DNA of 64,000 nt from Candidatus Kaiserbacteria bacterium (GTDB taxonomy: Bacteria > Patescibacteriota > Minisyncoccia > Phycocordibacterales > UBA2100), in assembly GCA_016186695.1 (NCBI GenBank), contig JACPLC010000001.1:32284-96283 (forward strand), read 5' to 3'. How positions within the stretch are numbered: position 1 is the first letter of the stretch; each line of letters starts with the position of its first letter. Below the pieces are notes generated by a model. The model was not told the origin of the DNA. It saw only the letters and a program-made list of their open reading frames with translations, and searched no databases. This document shows, one piece after another, positions 47,235 to 55,942 of the stretch. The translations under genes and the position numbers were made by a program.

Positions 47235-48518
47235 ATGACGGACGTACTTCTCATCGGTGGGGGCGGACGTGAGCATGCGCTTGCGTGGAAAATTGCTCAG
47301 TCGCCGCGTATTGGGAAGCTCTATATTGCGCCGGGGAACGGCGGCACACGATTGCTGGGCGAGAATATTGCCATTGGTGCGATGGAATTTGAGAAGCTTG
47401 CGCAGTTCGCAGAAGAAAAGAAGATTGATCTCACGATATGCAGTGTGGACGATCCCTTGGTAGGCGGCATCGTCGATTTTTTCCAGTCGCGCGGCTTGCG
47501 CATTTGGGGGCCGACGAAAGCCGCAGCGCAGATAGAAGGCTCGAAAGCATTCGCAAAACAACTCATGCGCGAGGCAGGCATTCCAACGGCCGACTTTGCG
47601 GTTTTTACGAATCACGACGATGCTCTCCACTATGTACACGATCACGGCGTTCCTATCGTTATCAAAGCAAGTGGGCTTGCGCTCGGAAAGGGTGTCGCGG
47701 TATGCCGCACCTTGAAAGAAGCCGAGGTAGCACTAAAAGAAATAATGTTAAAGGGAGTTTTTAAGGATTCAGGTACGGAAGTTGTCATCGAAGAATATCT
47801 GGACGGGCAGGAGATCTCGATTCACGCGCTCTCTGATGGCAAGACGCACAAGCTTTTTCCTGTCTCACAGGATCATAAGACGATAGGCGAGGGTGATACG
47901 GGCAAGAATACCGGCGGCATGGGCACCATCGCACCCGTGCCGTGGCTTGTGCCTGAAGTGCTCTCCGATATCGAAACGCGTGTGGTAAAGCCGGCGTTGG
48001 ACGCACTTGCTGCACGCGGCGCCACCTTTGCGGGAATTTTGTATCCGGGTATCAAGATGAGCTCTTCGGGAGCGAAAGTCTTGGAATTTAACGCCCGCTT
48101 CGGCGATCCAGAGTGCCAGGTGTATATGCGGCTTCTCAAAACCGATATCCTCGATGTATTTGAATCATGTGTGGACGGAACGCTCGTGTCCCAGCAGCTC
48201 GAATGGGATTCGGGCTTCGCCGCTAACATCGTCGTAGCCTCCGGCGGGTATCCAGATACATACAAGAAAGGTTTGCCGATCACCGGAATCGAAGAAGCGG
48301 AAAAGGTGGAAGGAGTCGTCGTCTTTCATGCCGGTACACAAATGATGGAGAACGTATCTCCATCATTGGTAACATCCGGCGGCCGTGTCCTCGGCGTCTC
48401 CGCTCTCGGCGCTATTCTCGAAGAAGCACTCACCCGCGCATACGAAGCGGTCGGCAGAATTCATTTTGAAGGAATGTACTTTCGCCGCGACATCGGCGCA
48501 AAAGCCCTACTACTCTGA
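47235..48518 (+). CDS. purD: Phosphoribosylamine--glycine ligase
   Basis: LLIGGGGREHALAWK N-terminus plus ATP-grasp, 427 aa. Confidence 0.9.
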   Translation: MTDVLLIGGGGREHALAWKIAQSPRIGKLYIAPGNGGTRLLGENIAIGAMEFEKLAQFAEEKKIDLTICSVDDPLVGGIVDFFQSRGLRIWGPTKAAAQIEGSKAFAKQLMREAGIPTADFAVFTNHDDALHYVHDHGVPIVIKASGLALGKGVAVCRTLKEAEVALKEIMLKGVFKDSGTEVVIEEYLDGQEISIHALSDGKTHKLFPVSQDHKTIGEGDTGKNTGGMGTIAPVPWLVPEVLSDIETRVVKPALDALAARGATFAGILYPGIKMSSSGAKVLEFNARFGDPECQVYMRLLKTDILDVFESCVDGTLVSQQLEWDSGFAANIVVASGGYPDTYKKGLPITGIEEAEKVEGVVVFHAGTQMMENVSPSLVTSGGRVLGVSALGAILEEALTRAYEAVGRIHFEGMYFRRDIGAKALLL

Positions 48519-49430
48519 TTCTTTTGGTTTCCTAATTATTACTGCGTAAGTTCCAGCATCCATTTCCTGCGGTCCATCAGTAAGCGGATCTTCGAAATGA
48601 ATTGGGTTCACGTGATAGTGTTGTCGAAGTCTTTGGACTAATTGCTGGTCAGTTATTAGTCCGCCATCCGACAAATCTATAAGAATTTCTATGCTGCCCC
48701 CTAATTTCTCGACCTCTTTTTTAACTTGCCTCAATGGGTATGCATCGGGCGTGTTGGCATTAAAAATAAATAGTTCACCGGTGATGGGTTTTATCAGTTT
48801 CACATATCCGTAAATTTCCCCTGCTCGATGTTCCTGAAAAATGCTTCCTTTCGGTTCTGAAAGTAGATTGATCATTTGAACAATGTCGAATGAATTTTTT
48901 GCGGCATCGTAAGGAAGGCCGTTGTAAAAATATGTTCTCTCCGGTTTTTCGCTGCGAACATTACGGCTAGTAATATACCAATCCAACTCAAGTAAAGGTC
49001 GTTCTTTTTTTACTTCTGTATCTTCGACGAAGCCGTAGGCCTTATCAACTACAAAAAAGGCACGATTTGCCTCTTGGGGATCCTCATTTTCCTTTTTTGG
49101 GTAATCAAACTGGCCCGCGCCAAGGCTTAAGAATATCTGTATATCTTTCTTTGTCTCGATGCGTCTGAGCAGTGTCTCGAAGTCTTCCTGCGCGAAAGGA
49201 AAGTCAAGATCAAGTAGCGATGTTTCATTATTAGAACCATAAATTGTATAGTGGGCGCGATAAAATCCATCTCTGGTTTTCTCAAGTTTTGTGATTGGGC
49301 CAGTGTTTCTGTAAACACCACAGTGAGTAAGTATGCGCTCCGCTTTATCGAACAGTTCCTTATCCTTTATCGGGTCGAGCGTCAGCGTATTTGCTACTGC
49401 CTTGGGTGCGTCGCCCGGCCCACTTTTCAT
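48510..49430 (-). CDS. Hypothetical protein in a low-GC segment (trimmed from the listed 48510..49760)
   Basis: The ATG at 49430 gives MKSGPGDAPK.... The first 110 codons of the longer ORF are R/L-rich antisense-like sequence that overlaps the + gene. GC is about 42%. Confidence 0.5.
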   Translation of the reverse strand: MKSGPGDAPKAVANTLTLDPIKDKELFDKAERILTHCGVYRNTGPITKLEKTRDGFYRAHYTIYGSNNETSLLDLDFPFAQEDFETLLRRIETKKDIQIFLSLGAGQFDYPKKENEDPQEANRAFFVVDKAYGFVEDTEVKKERPLLELDWYITSRNVRSEKPERTYFYNGLPYDAAKNSFDIVQMINLLSEPKGSIFQEHRAGEIYGYVKLIKPITGELFIFNANTPDAYPLRQVKKEVEKLGGSIEILIDLSDGGLITDQQLVQRLRQHYHVNPIHFEDPLTDGPQEMDAGTYAVIIRKPKESE

Positions 49431-49472
49431 ATTTGCGAGTATAACACCGCTACTGTCTGCTATACTTTTTGC

Positions 49473-52322
49473 ATGCCTCCGATGTCTATGGAGCAGAAAG
49501 TTCGCGCTCCGGCCGAATCGCTGCAAAAATTCAAGTCTCCCGAAGAGGAGCTCGCGTACTTGCGTGAGCGGGTGAAGGAAAAGGAACAGCAGCTTGAGGC
49601 TGCACCGAACCGCTTCGAGAGTGACCGCATCGCGAAGCGCGAGGTTGCGGAGTATGCACAGGTGCCGCAGGCAACCGTTCTTCACGAAGCGTATGTGATG
49701 CCAGAGCACGAAACAATCCGGCACAAGCTCCGTTTGGAGCCGGAAGTGCACGACGTGCAAATGGACGAACTTTTGAAGATCGTGCAGGAGCGCGGGATCA
49801 GGAACGCTCTCTCCGTGTGCGCAAAGCTAAAAAATCCCCACCTTGAAGACGATTTCCACCGCACGCTCGTTGCCTACATTGCCGAAGGTCTTCCGGATAT
49901 GGGCACGAAGCCTCCGGAAAAAATCCGCCGCGCACTCGACCTCGTGCTTTTCATGGTTGATCCACAGGCGCATGGCGAGCGCGAAAAACAGGACAGTAGC
50001 CAGCATCGTCTTGAACAAATCCTTTCGTCCTCCGAACAACTCTATGCAGGACTCGTTTCGCTCATCGCTCCTCACGAGGGTTTTTCGCTCGAGATAGCGG
50101 TGCCCGAAGGAACGGAAGCAGCAATTCTCTATCTCGCAGTCCCGCGCCAAAAGAAAGATCTTGCCGAGCGGCTCATCGCTTCTGTGTTCCCGAACGCCCG
50201 CATCAATGAGGAGCGCGGCGATTACAACATGTTCAACTACGAAGGCTACCACGCGGGAGCCTACGCAACGCTTGCCGACACGCCCGCGTATCCGCTGAAG
50301 ACGCCCGAGATGTTCGAGCACGATCCGATGAATGTGCTCCTTGCCGCATTTGCAAAGATAGCGAAGCACGGCGAGGGTGCGGCGCTCCAGATATTGGTCG
50401 GCAAAGAGGGTGAGCGGTACAACCTCCACTTCAAAAAGATGATCCGAAGGCTCGAGAAGGGAAAGGCGCTCCATCGCGCGCTCGGCGTGCCGGAAACCGC
50501 TATCGGCGAGATGCTCTACGATTTTTCACATATGGCGTTCAAGTCCAAAAAGCAGTTGGAAGACGAGCAGCAGCGGCAATACCGCCGCAATGCTGACAAG
50601 GTGGCGAGCGAGGAAATCGAGCGGAAGATAAAGAGCCGCATCGGCCCCACTATAATCCGCCTCGCTGCCTCCGCCCCCACAAGAGATCGCGCGAATGCCA
50701 TTTTGGAAAATCTCATCGCCCCCTTCAATCAGTATGATGATCCGAAGGGGAACCATCTCGTTTTCAAGAAGATATCGAACTGGCACCTGAACTCGTTCCT
50801 GCGCGATTTCACGTACCGGATCTTCGACCACTCGTATGCCATTCCGCTCTCGCTCGCGGAGATCACCTCGATATTCCACTTCACCGCAGAACGTGTGCAA
50901 ACCTCTCGCGAGCTGAAGAGAAGCTTCGCGAAGCAGGCGCCGGCGCCTGTTGAGATGCCGCCGAGTGGCATTGTGCTCGGGGTGAACCGCTACGGCGCGG
51001 AGGAGAGGCCGGTGCATTTTGGTATGAACGATCGTCTCCGCCATTGCTACGTCATCGGGCAAACAGGTACCGGAAAGACGGGGCTTTTGAAGAACATGAT
51101 CATTCAGGACATCAAAAACGGCGAGGGTGTCGCCTTTGTCGACCCGCACGGGAACGACATTGAAGATGTGCTGGCCGCTATCCCACCGGAGCGGATGAAG
51201 GATGTCATCTACTTCGATCCTGCATACACCGCGCGTCCGATGGGGCTCAATATGCTCGAGTATGACCGCGCGCGACCGGAGATGAAGACGTTCGTGGTCG
51301 ACGAAGTGTACGGGATCTTCCGCAAGCTCTATGCCGACGTGCCCGAAGCGTTTGGTCCGATGTTCGAGCAGTACTACCGCAATGCTGTGCAGCTTGTTGT
51401 CGAGGACCCCGACACCGGAAGTACGTTCGTAGAGATTCCGCGTGTGTTTGCTGATACCGCATTTCGCAATCTCAAGCTCGCGCACTGCAAGAACCCCATC
51501 ATCGTGCAATTTTGGAAAAAGATCGCCGAGCAGGCGCAGGGTGATCCATCGCTCGAGAACGTCGCGCCCTATATCACCTCGAAGTTCGACGTCTTTCTCA
51601 CGAACGACATCATGCGGCCGGTCGTTTCGCAGGAGAAATCGGCATTCGATTTCCGGAAGATCATGGATGAGAAGAAAATTTTTCTTGCCAACCTCTCAAA
51701 AGGGCGTTTGGGCGAGCGCAATACCTCTCTCCTCGGTCTTATCCTCGTCTCCAAATTTTTGCAGGCGGCCTTTTCCCGCGTGGACACCAAGGGCGATCTT
51801 CCGATTTTCTACCTCTATATCGATGAGTTCCAGAACTTTGCAACGCCCTCGATCGGCACGATCCTATCCGAGGCTCGTAAATACAAGCTTTCGCTCGTGA
51901 TAGCGCACCAATTCATCGCGCAGCTCGACGAAAAGATCCGCGACGCGGTCGTGGGGAACGTTGGCACGAAAGCGGCATTTCGGGTCGGCACGACGGACGC
52001 AGAGTTCTTGGAAAAACAGTTCCAGCCGATCTTCGGTCAGTCGGACCTTGAAAATCTCCCGAACCGACATGCTGTATTGGCGCTTCTCGTGAATGGTGTC
52101 CCTGCCCGCCCATTCTCGATCCAGACGGAGAACCTGCCGCCCTTTGACTACAGCAAAGTTCCTCCCATCAAAGAACTCTCCTACCAGACCTACGGACGTG
52201 ACAGGGAAGAGGTGGAAGAGGAGATGCGCAAAAAGTTTGAAGCAAGCTATGGTAGACCATCTGCTCCGGATCTTGGCGCAGCACTTGGAAATCTTCCCGA
52301 TCCCGCCTCTCTCTATCAATAG
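49473..52322 (+). CDS. Large P-loop ATPase of the TraD/VirD4/HerA (DUF87-like) superfamily with an uncharacterised N-terminal domain of about 480 aa
   Basis: Walker A VIGQTGTGKTG, Walker B YLYIDEFQNF, and the C-terminal SEARKYKLSLVIAHQFIAQL motif typical of coupling-protein/HerA ATPases. Start taken at ATG 49473. Confidence 0.7.
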   Translation: MPPMSMEQKVRAPAESLQKFKSPEEELAYLRERVKEKEQQLEAAPNRFESDRIAKREVAEYAQVPQATVLHEAYVMPEHETIRHKLRLEPEVHDVQMDELLKIVQERGIRNALSVCAKLKNPHLEDDFHRTLVAYIAEGLPDMGTKPPEKIRRALDLVLFMVDPQAHGEREKQDSSQHRLEQILSSSEQLYAGLVSLIAPHEGFSLEIAVPEGTEAAILYLAVPRQKKDLAERLIASVFPNARINEERGDYNMFNYEGYHAGAYATLADTPAYPLKTPEMFEHDPMNVLLAAFAKIAKHGEGAALQILVGKEGERYNLHFKKMIRRLEKGKALHRALGVPETAIGEMLYDFSHMAFKSKKQLEDEQQRQYRRNADKVASEEIERKIKSRIGPTIIRLAASAPTRDRANAILENLIAPFNQYDDPKGNHLVFKKISNWHLNSFLRDFTYRIFDHSYAIPLSLAEITSIFHFTAERVQTSRELKRSFAKQAPAPVEMPPSGIVLGVNRYGAEERPVHFGMNDRLRHCYVIGQTGTGKTGLLKNMIIQDIKNGEGVAFVDPHGNDIEDVLAAIPPERMKDVIYFDPAYTARPMGLNMLEYDRARPEMKTFVVDEVYGIFRKLYADVPEAFGPMFEQYYRNAVQLVVEDPDTGSTFVEIPRVFADTAFRNLKLAHCKNPIIVQFWKKIAEQAQGDPSLENVAPYITSKFDVFLTNDIMRPVVSQEKSAFDFRKIMDEKKIFLANLSKGRLGERNTSLLGLILVSKFLQAAFSRVDTKGDLPIFYLYIDEFQNFATPSIGTILSEARKYKLSLVIAHQFIAQLDEKIRDAVVGNVGTKAAFRVGTTDAEFLEKQFQPIFGQSDLENLPNRHAVLALLVNGVPARPFSIQTENLPPFDYSKVPPIKELSYQTYGRDREEVEEEMRKKFEASYGRPSAPDLGAALGNLPDPASLYQ

Positions 52323-52356
52323 TTTTTGAGAAAAAAACGTGCTAGTGTACTGAACA

Positions 52357-52962
52357 ATGAAGCATCCGAAAGAAGAAAGAACACTTGTACTCATCAAGCC
52401 CGATGCCATCCAGCGGGCGCTCATTGGCGAGATCGTTCGCCGGTATGAACGACTCGGTTTGAAACTAATCGGCCTCAAGATGGTTGTCCCGACCGCCGAA
52501 CACGTGGAAGGGCATTACACGCTCGATCCCAGCTGGCGGAAGGTAACGGGCGAGAAAACCATCGCGAGCTACCGTTCCCGCAATTTGCCGCCTCCTTCGG
52601 AAGACCCGCTCGAGATCACGGCAAAAATTCTCAAAAACCTCAAGAAATACCTTACCTCCGGCCCCATTATTTGCATGGTGTGGCAGGGCGCGCACGCAGT
52701 GGAACTGGTTCGCAAAATAACGGGTGGCACCGAACCGCGTACCTCTCCCGTCGGCACGATACGGGGGGATTTTGTTGTCGATTCATACGTAATGTCGGAT
52801 GCAGACGATCGCGCAGTGCGCAACCTCATCCATGCATCCGGCTCTATCTCCGAAGCCGAGATGGAAATTCCGCACTGGTTCGAAAAGAAGGAACTCATCG
52901 ACTACAAAGTGACACACGAAGATATTCTCTACGAAAAGGAACTTCGTGGCATACTTCCCTAA
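52357..52962 (+). CDS. ndk: Nucleoside diphosphate kinase (with an internal insertion)
   Basis: ERTLVLIKPDAIQRALIGEI and the NLIHASGS active-site region. Confidence 0.85.
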   Translation: MKHPKEERTLVLIKPDAIQRALIGEIVRRYERLGLKLIGLKMVVPTAEHVEGHYTLDPSWRKVTGEKTIASYRSRNLPPPSEDPLEITAKILKNLKKYLTSGPIICMVWQGAHAVELVRKITGGTEPRTSPVGTIRGDFVVDSYVMSDADDRAVRNLIHASGSISEAEMEIPHWFEKKELIDYKVTHEDILYEKELRGILP

Positions 52963-53290
52963 ATAAAGGAGGGCGCCTCGATCGGAAGCATTTCTCTCTC
53001 TAATAGCGAGTGGGCGTGAGCGTTTTTGGAGTCTTCGCGCAGGCCGACGGGCCGAGCGGGAGCAATTTTTCAGTAGAAAAATATGCGACTCCGAATCGCT
53101 CACGCCCACGAACGAACCCCTTCTTCACATTTGCTTCCGATTGGTAGTGGTATACACTTATTCTAGCGGCCGGTACTTTAAACCTGCTTGGTTCAAGTAA
53201 GGGATTCCGATATCGTTTCGGGCAATTGCGCTCGAAACTGGGGAAACCCACCTGGATTCAAACCCCAGGCTTGCCGTACCTGCCGCCCCG

Positions 53291-53320
53291 AAAAATCCGC
53301 CACAAGGCGGATTTTTGGGT
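53291..53320. terminator. Symmetric hairpin aaaaatccgcc-acaa-ggcggattttt (bidirectional terminator-like) at the end of a structured 370-nt intergenic region
   Basis: Read from the sequence. Confidence 0.5.
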
Positions 53321-53334
53321 TAAAATACTCATCC

Positions 53335-53718
53335 ATGCAAAGGACGTTGCTCTTTATGCAGTTCGCGGTGGTCGTTGCCCTTGCGACGCTGCATATTTTT
53401 GCACTCGAGAACGATTTGTACTGGAAGTTTCAGTGGTTCGATCTCATGACACATTTTCTTGGTGGCATGTGGGCAGCCCTTTTCTTCTATTGGATCGGTT
53501 TCAGCGTTGGTCGCGCATCTAACCTTCTTCTTGCGATCGGAGGGGCATTGTTGCTTGGCCTCATGTGGGAGTTCTTTGAACTTGCTGCTGGTATATCAAA
53601 CGCACCGAACTACGTTTCGGATACTCTCATTGATCTTTTGATGGACGTTGTGGGAGCAATGTTCGTAGCAATCGCGGTGAAATCCATACTTCTCGTGCGT
53701 CGCGAATACAATTCCTAA
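53335..53718 (+). CDS. VanZ-like small membrane protein
   Basis: 4 TM helices with D..H (FDLMTHF), E..E and D..D..G (DTLIDLLMDVVG) spacing similar to VanZ. Confidence 0.45.
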   Translation: MQRTLLFMQFAVVVALATLHIFALENDLYWKFQWFDLMTHFLGGMWAALFFYWIGFSVGRASNLLLAIGGALLLGLMWEFFELAAGISNAPNYVSDTLIDLLMDVVGAMFVAIAVKSILLVRREYNS

Positions 53719-53776
53719 AGAGATGTTATACCCCGTGAGATAGCACCGCTGTATCTCATGGGGTATACTTTTTCCA

Positions 53777-54463
53777 ATGTCGAGCAAACGTGTGATGCAT
53801 CCGAATCATGTGGCAGTGCCGCGAAATTTCTGCCGGCTTCCGGGAAGTTTCGGTGTCGTAAAAATATGTGTCTCGGGCGCGGCCGAGACCGGTTACTGCG
53901 GACTTGATGCCTTCGAGAAAGCCAAAGAGCTCGGTCGCGAAATCGCCAAACAGGGGTCGATCATCACGACCGGCGCAACAACCGGATTTCCCTTGTATTC
54001 TGCGATGGGCGCAAAAGACGAGTGCGGTTTCTCGATTGGTTTCTCGCCCGCGGCGACCGAACGGGAGCACGTGGAAGTTTACAAACTTCCTCTTGATTAC
54101 ATGGACGTTGTTGTCTACACAGGGTTTGGCTACGCAGGCCGTGACCTTCTTCTCGTGCGATCCTCCGATGCAGTTGTCATCGGTTGCGGGCGCATTGGCA
54201 CCCTAAATGAGTTTTCAGTCGCGTTTGAGGACCGCCGCCCGATAGGGATTCTCGAAGGCTCGTGGAAAACCGATGAGATCCTCCGTCAGATTATCGATGC
54301 GGCGCACCGGCCGAACAACAGTATCATTTATGATTCTGACCCGAAGGCGATGGTCGAGCGTCTCGTAGAGATGGTGATGAAGGATAAGGAGAAAACAAAT
54401 CTGGTTTTCAACAACCACGACCAATGGAGCGCGACGGGGAAAAACGCGGAGTATATACTATAG
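53777..54463 (+). CDS. TIGR00725 / LOG-SLOG Rossmann-fold family protein
   Basis: VVKICVSGAAETG ... GSIITTGATTG ... VVIGCGRIGTLNE motifs are present. Confidence 0.6.
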   Translation: MSSKRVMHPNHVAVPRNFCRLPGSFGVVKICVSGAAETGYCGLDAFEKAKELGREIAKQGSIITTGATTGFPLYSAMGAKDECGFSIGFSPAATEREHVEVYKLPLDYMDVVVYTGFGYAGRDLLLVRSSDAVVIGCGRIGTLNEFSVAFEDRRPIGILEGSWKTDEILRQIIDAAHRPNNSIIYDSDPKAMVERLVEMVMKDKEKTNLVFNNHDQWSATGKNAEYIL

Positions 54464-54470
54464 ATGCCAT

Positions 54471-54647
54471 ATGAAATCACCGACGATTGTCTATGCGATT
54501 GTCGGACTCTTTGTGGGAGGGTTTCTCAACTATATTTTGACCGGCGGCTCTACCCAAATGGGCGATCTCCTGACCGGCGCGATCTTCGGCCTTGCGATCG
54601 GACTTTTTCTCGGGATCGCAAAATACAATATCCTCGACAGGAAATAG
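54471..54647 (+). CDS. 58-aa two-TM membrane peptide (alternative frame to the listed 54464..54721)
   Basis: MKSPTIVYAIVGLFVGGFLNYILTGGSTQMGDLLTGAIFGLAIGLFLGIAKYNILDRK. The listed frame is Arg/Cys-rich and would overlap rplT. Confidence 0.4.
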   Translation: MKSPTIVYAIVGLFVGGFLNYILTGGSTQMGDLLTGAIFGLAIGLFLGIAKYNILDRK

Positions 54648-54655
54648 TCTGGGGG

Positions 54656-55000
54656 TTAGGCGAGATTCTTCACGATCCGCTCAAATGCGGCAGGATAATC
54701 TTTCGCAAGTGTTGCAAGTGACTTACGATCAAGCCCGATTTTATTTTTTTTGAGAGTGGCGATGAGTTTGGAATACGAAAGCCCAAGCGGCCGGACTGCA
54801 GCGTTGATGCGAAGCGTCCAAAGATTCCGGAATTCACGCTTCTTCGCTCTGCGATGCCTGAATGCGTAGGATCCGGCGTGAAAGATTGCCTCACGCGCAA
54901 CACGTTCTTTCTTCGAGCGGTCGAAGCGGTAGCCCTTCGTCTGCGCAAGAATATTCTTGCGTCGCTTGGTCTTCGTCACACCTCTTTTTACCCGTGCCAT
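54656..55000 (-). CDS. rplT: 50S ribosomal protein L20
   Basis: The MARVKRGVTKTKRRK N-terminus is canonical L20. Confidence 0.9.
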   Translation of the reverse strand: MARVKRGVTKTKRRKNILAQTKGYRFDRSKKERVAREAIFHAGSYAFRHRRAKKREFRNLWTLRINAAVRPLGLSYSKLIATLKKNKIGLDRKSLATLAKDYPAAFERIVKNLA

Positions 55001-55040
55001 AAAAATTAGAAGAAAGAAGACTTGAAGCAAGAAGTAAGAA

Positions 55041-55229
55041 CTAACGGGGAAGGAAACGGCTTCGGTCGAGGTTAGAGAATTGGCCGTTCAGCCTTTGGGA
55101 GCGGCGGCGGCGCTGGCGGCCGGTGCCGCTTTCTTTCGCGTTAAAGTGGTTGTGGCCTGGGACGCGTGCGACGATCTTGCCTTTGCGCGTCACCCGCAGG
55201 CGTTTCAAGAATGACTTGTTGGATTTCAT
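55041..55229 (-). CDS. rpmI: 50S ribosomal protein L35
   Basis: MKSNKSFLKRLRVTRKGKIVAR matches L35. The ORF is trimmed to the internal Met. Confidence 0.85.
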   Translation of the reverse strand: MKSNKSFLKRLRVTRKGKIVARVPGHNHFNAKESGTGRQRRRRSQRLNGQFSNLDRSRFLPR

Positions 55230-55289
55230 ACAAAAGCCGCTTTCTAGCGGCCGGACCATTATGCCTGAATCAGCTCCAGTTTGCAACCT

Positions 55290-55895
55290 TTACGCGCTTT
55301 CTGCTTCTGATGCCGGCACGGCTTTCGGGGCGGGTTTTGGTACGTTCTTTTTCGATGCATCTCTTTCGAGAACGACCGAAAGACCCTTCGGACTTTTCTG
55401 TATCTCTTCGGCGATCTTGTAGCTCTCGGGAATGATCGCGAGAAAGCGCTCAAGGCGCTCCTTGAGAAATTTGAATTCCATGTACTTGTAGCGTCCCCAA
55501 AGGAAAAGGTCTACCTTCACGCGGTGTCCCTCTTTCAGCCACGCGGCAGCTTTCGATGCCTTGATGTGCATGTCGCGCTCCGACGTGCCGATCTTTACCT
55601 GCGTTACCTTCGTCTCCGTCACGTGTGCCTTCGACTTCACCTCCTTTTCTTTTTTCTTGAGTTCGTACTTGAACTTGCCGTAGTCAGTGATCTTCGCGAC
55701 CGGTGGTACGGCATTCGGCGAGATCTCGATAAGATCGAGCCCCAGTTCGACTGCCTTTGCGATCGCGTCTCTGGTCTGCATGACACCGAGATTGCCTCCC
55801 TCGGGTCCGATGACACGCACTTCGCGCGCGCGAATGCCCTCGTTCATGCGGATGCGTTCTTTCTCCGCCTGCGATGTGTACTTCGTGAATCCCAT
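55290..55895 (-). CDS. infC: Translation initiation factor IF-3
   Basis: IRAREVRVIGPEG...EISPNAVPPVAKITDYGK plus the C-terminal domain. The true start may be non-ATG and internal. Confidence 0.85.
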   Translation of the reverse strand: MGFTKYTSQAEKERIRMNEGIRAREVRVIGPEGGNLGVMQTRDAIAKAVELGLDLIEISPNAVPPVAKITDYGKFKYELKKKEKEVKSKAHVTETKVTQVKIGTSERDMHIKASKAAAWLKEGHRVKVDLFLWGRYKYMEFKFLKERLERFLAIIPESYKIAEEIQKSPKGLSVVLERDASKKNVPKPAPKAVPASEAESA

Positions 55896-55942
55896 TTGGT
55901 GCGGGTACTATAGCACGGAGTGAAGAAATCTACAGGAGAACA

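Noticed and set aside
48510-49760. Full-length 416-aa minus ORF overlapping the 5' end of the large ATPase gene
   Set aside because: The first 110 codons are Arg/Leu/His-rich, which is typical of antisense sequence, and overlap the opposite gene. I trimmed the call to ATG 49430. Likewise the listed ATPase start at 49251 is junk-like, so I moved the start to ATG 49473.
53200-53290. Possible tRNA or tmRNA-like segment (cctggattcaaaccccagg, ggttcaagtaaggg) in the ndk-downstream spacer
   Set aside because: I could not build a valid 5-bp T-stem with a 7-nt loop plus a complementary acceptor stem on either strand. The genuine tmRNA lies at 63408-63765. I kept the region only as an unspecified structured-RNA candidate.
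54464-54721. Listed 85-aa ORF (MPYEITDDCLCDCRTLCGRV...)
   Set aside because: It is Arg/Cys-rich, has no hydrophobic core, and runs into rplT on the opposite strand. The +1 frame gives a clean 58-aa two-TM peptide that ends before rplT, and I preferred that frame.
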